Assembly: GCA_027493445.1 (NCBI GenBank)
Contig: JAOSKU010000001.1
Location: forward strand, 1,803,936 to 1,867,935
From: Thermoleophilia bacterium
GTDB taxonomy: Bacteria; Actinomycetota; Thermoleophilia; RBG-16-64-13
DNA: 64,000 bases
Direction: 5' to 3'
Below the pieces are notes generated by a model. That model saw nothing but the letters and a program-made list of their open reading frames with translations, ran no database searches and was not told the DNA's origin. This document shows positions 60,836 to 64,000 of this stretch, piece by piece; position 1 is the first letter of the stretch; each line of letters begins with the position of its first letter. A program made the translations under genes and the position numbers.

Positions 60836-61660
60836 ATGGAACGACCGGTTCGCACTCTATCCAAGCGGGAGGCGGAGCTCGTCAGCTGGCTTGAAGCCGA
60901 GCGGCGGCTGAGCATCAGCCTGCCCGAGGTGAGGCGCACTCTGGGCTGGTCGGACTCCGTGGCTCGCAATACACTGTCACGGCTAGCCAAGAAGGGGTGG
61001 CTCCGTCGCACCGCCCTTGGCAGGTACGAGGCCGTTCTCGCCGAAACGGGCGGGTGGTCTGTCCCCAATCCCTGGGCGGCGCTGAGCACTTGGGGGCAGC
61101 GGTACTACGTCGGATTCAAGTCGGCCGCATATGAGCATGGTCTCACAGCCGATCGTCCGGGCAGTGTTCAGACGTGTGTGCCGACGGGCGCCCGCAGGCC
61201 GCTTTCGTGGGGCGACATTCCCATCGTCCTCATCTACCTCCCCAAGTTCGACTCGGCCGGGACGCAGTACAGGAAGCTGCATCAATTCGAGGTTGAGATC
61301 GCGTCGCCAGAGAAGATATTGGTCGACGGGGCTAGCCTTCCAGGACGCATGGGGGGTGTGCTCGGGCTCGCTCGGATCGTTGACCGCGCCGCGAACCAAG
61401 TCGACTGGGCGACCGTAGTTCAGCTCACGACTGCGTCACCCGGCGGGCGGGTGAGCCTGCGGCGGCTCGCCGCCTTGCTGGAGATCCTCGGCCGGGAGGT
61501 GCCGGATCCCCTGGCTAATGGGGCGACGGCGCGGCTGGGTGAGTCGGCACTCTTCCTCGGCGCGAGGCGAACGTACGGCGCACGCGGCGAGCGGCTGTCC
61601 CGCTGGCAGGTGATCGTCAATGTCGATCCGGCTGCGGTCCTCGAGGAGCTGCGACGCTGA
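60836..61660 (+). CDS. AbiEi antitoxin
   Basis: LSRLAKKGWLRR..GRY, YVGFKSAAYEHGL, SPEKILVD and RWQVIVN motifs. Confidence 0.85.
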   Translation: MERPVRTLSKREAELVSWLEAERRLSISLPEVRRTLGWSDSVARNTLSRLAKKGWLRRTALGRYEAVLAETGGWSVPNPWAALSTWGQRYYVGFKSAAYEHGLTADRPGSVQTCVPTGARRPLSWGDIPIVLIYLPKFDSAGTQYRKLHQFEVEIASPEKILVDGASLPGRMGGVLGLARIVDRAANQVDWATVVQLTTASPGGRVSLRRLAALLEILGREVPDPLANGATARLGESALFLGARRTYGARGERLSRWQVIVNVDPAAVLEELRR

Positions 61661-62257
61661 TGGTGCCGCTGGCCATCGTCCGACAGTACGCCGCCGGGCA
61701 GCAAATCAGCGTTGATGTGGCTGACCAGGAAATCGTCCTCCACTAGTGCGTCTTTGGCCACACCGGCCGCTTCTCGAAGGACATCGACTTCAGCGGTCAC
61801 GTCGCGTACGAGCACGAGAACGGCGCCGCCTCCACGGCCTCGACCCGTACGAGATGATCGCCGAGAAGATCATGGCCTGTAACCGTCGACGCGGCGGGTC
61901 CGCGAAGGATGTCATGACATGCTTCTCTGGTCCGAACGCCCTTTCAGTCATGACCTCGTCCGTCGCGTGGCTGTTCTGAAGGCGTGGACAGATCAGAGGA
62001 AGGCGCCGGCGTATGATCCCGACACCTTCGTGGCTGCGGTCGTGCCGGAAAACTACCGCTGGGAAGACCTGGAAGGACTGGTGCCTCGCCGCCTTCAGTC
62101 GAACCCTGAAGGCATCTGCGCCGCGGTCCGGAACAGGTTCGCTTTCCTGACCGCTAGCACCGAGCAGGAAGGCGTGCTCCTGGCTGATCAGGCATCGCAT
62201 CGCGAGGAGGACCTGTTCGGACAGCTCCGAGCCGAAGCGCGGTACTGGTCAGAATGA
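61660..62257 (+). pseudogene. AbiEii remnant with internal deletion and frameshift
   Basis: MVPLAIVRQY..DQEIVLH*; EMIAEKIMA..AKDV; VAVLKAW. Confidence 0.65.
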
Positions 62258-62304
62258 CTCACTGCACCGCCCCTTCGATCATAATGAGGTAGCGCGTCAT
62301 CTCC

Positions 62305-62920
62305 TCCGGCACCGGTGTAGAAGACGGTGGACTTGCCCTCGCTGAATGGCTGAAGGAGCATGGTCTTGCCGACGCGCCGCCGGCCCCACACAAGCGCTAC
62401 GCCCTGCCCAGGTGAGCCCCACCATTGTTCCAGAGCGGCCAATTCGTCCCGCCGGTCGACGAAGTCGTCCATGTCCTGAATTGGTGCACTTCCCTGTCGG
62501 TGCTTTGCGGGCTGCTGGGTCGGCCGCCCGTCTCTGTCACTGGCGAACGCAGCGGGGCGCCGAGGTCGATGCCGAGCCGCCGTCCTTGTCTACAGGGGGA
62601 CGGAAGTGGTCCCCTTGGGGTCGCGTGTGGTCGCCCTACCGTGGGAGTTCTTGGCCCGAGGGATCTCGCGCTAGCGGCCCTCCCACCGTCCGCAGCCGCA
62701 CGCAGTCTCCGCAGTCCCACGTGGTACCGTACGGGAAAGGTGGAGATGTATTGCCGGCACCAGACAAGGCTTTGCTCCTCGGAGGTGCGACCGAGGATGA
62801 GGTAGTTCTGACCGAGGCGGCGGTCTACCAGGTTGCGAAGCAGGGGAAACAGATCGGGCTGACGTTGGATCTCGTCGATGACGATGAGACCTCTCAGATC
62901 CTCCAGGGCAAGTTGCGACT
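62305..62920. pseudogene. Cluster of ATPase gene fragments
   Basis: [20 protein letters not shown] (-); [11 protein letters not shown] (+); QLALEDLRGLIVIDEIQ..YISTF (-), paralogous to 51936-53084. Confidence 0.7.
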
Positions 62921-63790
62921 TTACCGCCCCCGGTGCCACTCCCAAGCGTCACGCAGTATCTCCTCGAGCGATCCTCGCTCCGGCCGCCAGCCCAGCACTT
63001 CCCTAGCTCGCTCATTGGAGGCGATGAGGGTGGCCGGACCGCCCGCCCGTCTTGGGCCCATGGTGATCTTGATTTCTCGCCCCGTGACCTCAGCACAGGT
63101 GTGCAGCACCTCCAGGTTGGAGAATCCGCGCCCATTTCCCAGGCTGAACACAGCGCCCCCACCCGAGCCCGCATGAGCGCCGGCCTCCGCACCTCCTGCC
63201 CCGCTCCCACCGCCCAACCACTCCAGCCCCAGCCGATGCGCCTCGGCCAGATCGAGCCGTGGACGAAAGTCGCGCACGCAGGTGCGATCCGGCGTGGGGT
63301 AGTCGCTGCCGTAGACCTCCAGCTCGGCCTTACCCCCGGCCATGGCCTGCAGGATCCGGGGAATGATGTGCGTCTCAGGTTCGTGCCTCTCCCCCCGGGA
63401 GCCGTCCGGCCAGGGCCCGGCCACGTTGAAGTAGCGGAACCGAACGGTGCGCAAGCCGTGCAGGAGTCCATACCAGTCGAACAACTGCTCGAACGTGAGC
63501 TTGGCGGCCCCATAGGCGTTCATGGGAAGAAGGCGCGCGTCTTCCTTGATGGGTATGGCCACCGGCTCTCCGTAGGCCGCCGCGGTGGACGAGAGCACCG
63601 TCCCTGCACCCCCTGGCGCACCATGGCCTCCAGCATGACCAAAGGAGCGGCCACGTTGTTCTGGAAGTAGCGTCCGGGGTGGGCCTGCGACTCGGCTACC
63701 TCGATGTAGCCGGCGAGGTGCATGACTGAGTCCATGTCTGTCAAGGCCGGTTCAAATCTGACCCCTTGCTGGCGGAGCAGGTGCCCGAAG
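62921..63790 (-). pseudogene. galE: UDP-glucose 4-epimerase pseudogene, copy 2
   Basis: SVMHLAGYIEVAES, YGAAK, FRYFNVAG and PETHIIP motifs; frameshifted, with the Rossmann N-terminus absent. Confidence 0.82.
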
Positions 63791-64000
63791 GAACCGGGGC
63801 TCCTCCTTTCAGTGCCCATCCCCCGTAGCATCAGTCGCCTCCCCAATACGGCGGTCCTGAGCATTGCCCACCTTCGCTCGCGGCTTGGCTGCAGGGCGAT
63901 ACCTCCCTAGGCATGCCCCACTGAGCCTCCGGAGCTTGGCTGACTCGGAGGTTGAACCACCTTTCTTCCGAAGCGCAAGAAGTCAATGGCAAACACGAGG

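Noticed and set aside
1-64000. CRISPR array, tRNA, rRNA or prophage
   Set aside because: No regularly spaced repeats, cloverleaf signatures or phage structural genes were recognised by eye.

Overview
High-GC bacterial window, probably an anaerobic Actinomycetota such as Thermoleophilia or Coriobacteriia. That placement is inferred from GC content, leaderless promoters, an SLH remnant and Etf/MtaA-like genes. Layout: (1) 1-7.4 kb and 13.0-14.5 kb, a surface-glycan locus with two GT4 glycosyltransferases, a SAM methyltransferase, Wzm/Wzt, a DegT aminotransferase, a PglD/NeuD-type acetyltransferase and a priming sugar transferase. (2) 7.6-17.7 kb, an M6 (InhA-type) metalloprotease, a secreted CFI-box-CTERM protein with a Cys-His-Asp triad, a GGDEF protein and a pilin-like gene. 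(3) About 17.8-64 kb, a very dense toxin-antitoxin (TA)/defence island. With two outlying pairs at 10 and 14.5 kb, the window holds about 16 complete or near-complete TA pairs (VapBC of several antitoxin types, MazEF, MNT-HEPN, TacAT, AbiEi/AbiEii). The island also has two AAA_14-DUF4143 ATPases, a NERD protein, an IS256 with an 8-bp target duplication, an IS1595 remnant, a ~167-bp MITE family, and about 20 or more internally deleted, duplicated TA fragments. (4) Embedded at 22.6-33.2 kb, a metabolic islet with an APC permease, acyl-CoA dehydrogenase, EtfBA, an MtaA/URO-D-family protein and a divergent GAF kinase-NarL regulator-APC operon. The best candidate for an undescribed system is an intact, translationally coupled, leaderless two-gene module at 41319-42004 (DUF5674-like plus a helical partner) built exactly like its TA neighbours. 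Many genes carry single-base frameshifts in C/G runs, probably long-read errors. All family calls come from motif recognition by eye, not database searches. No rRNA, tRNA or CRISPR array was recognised.
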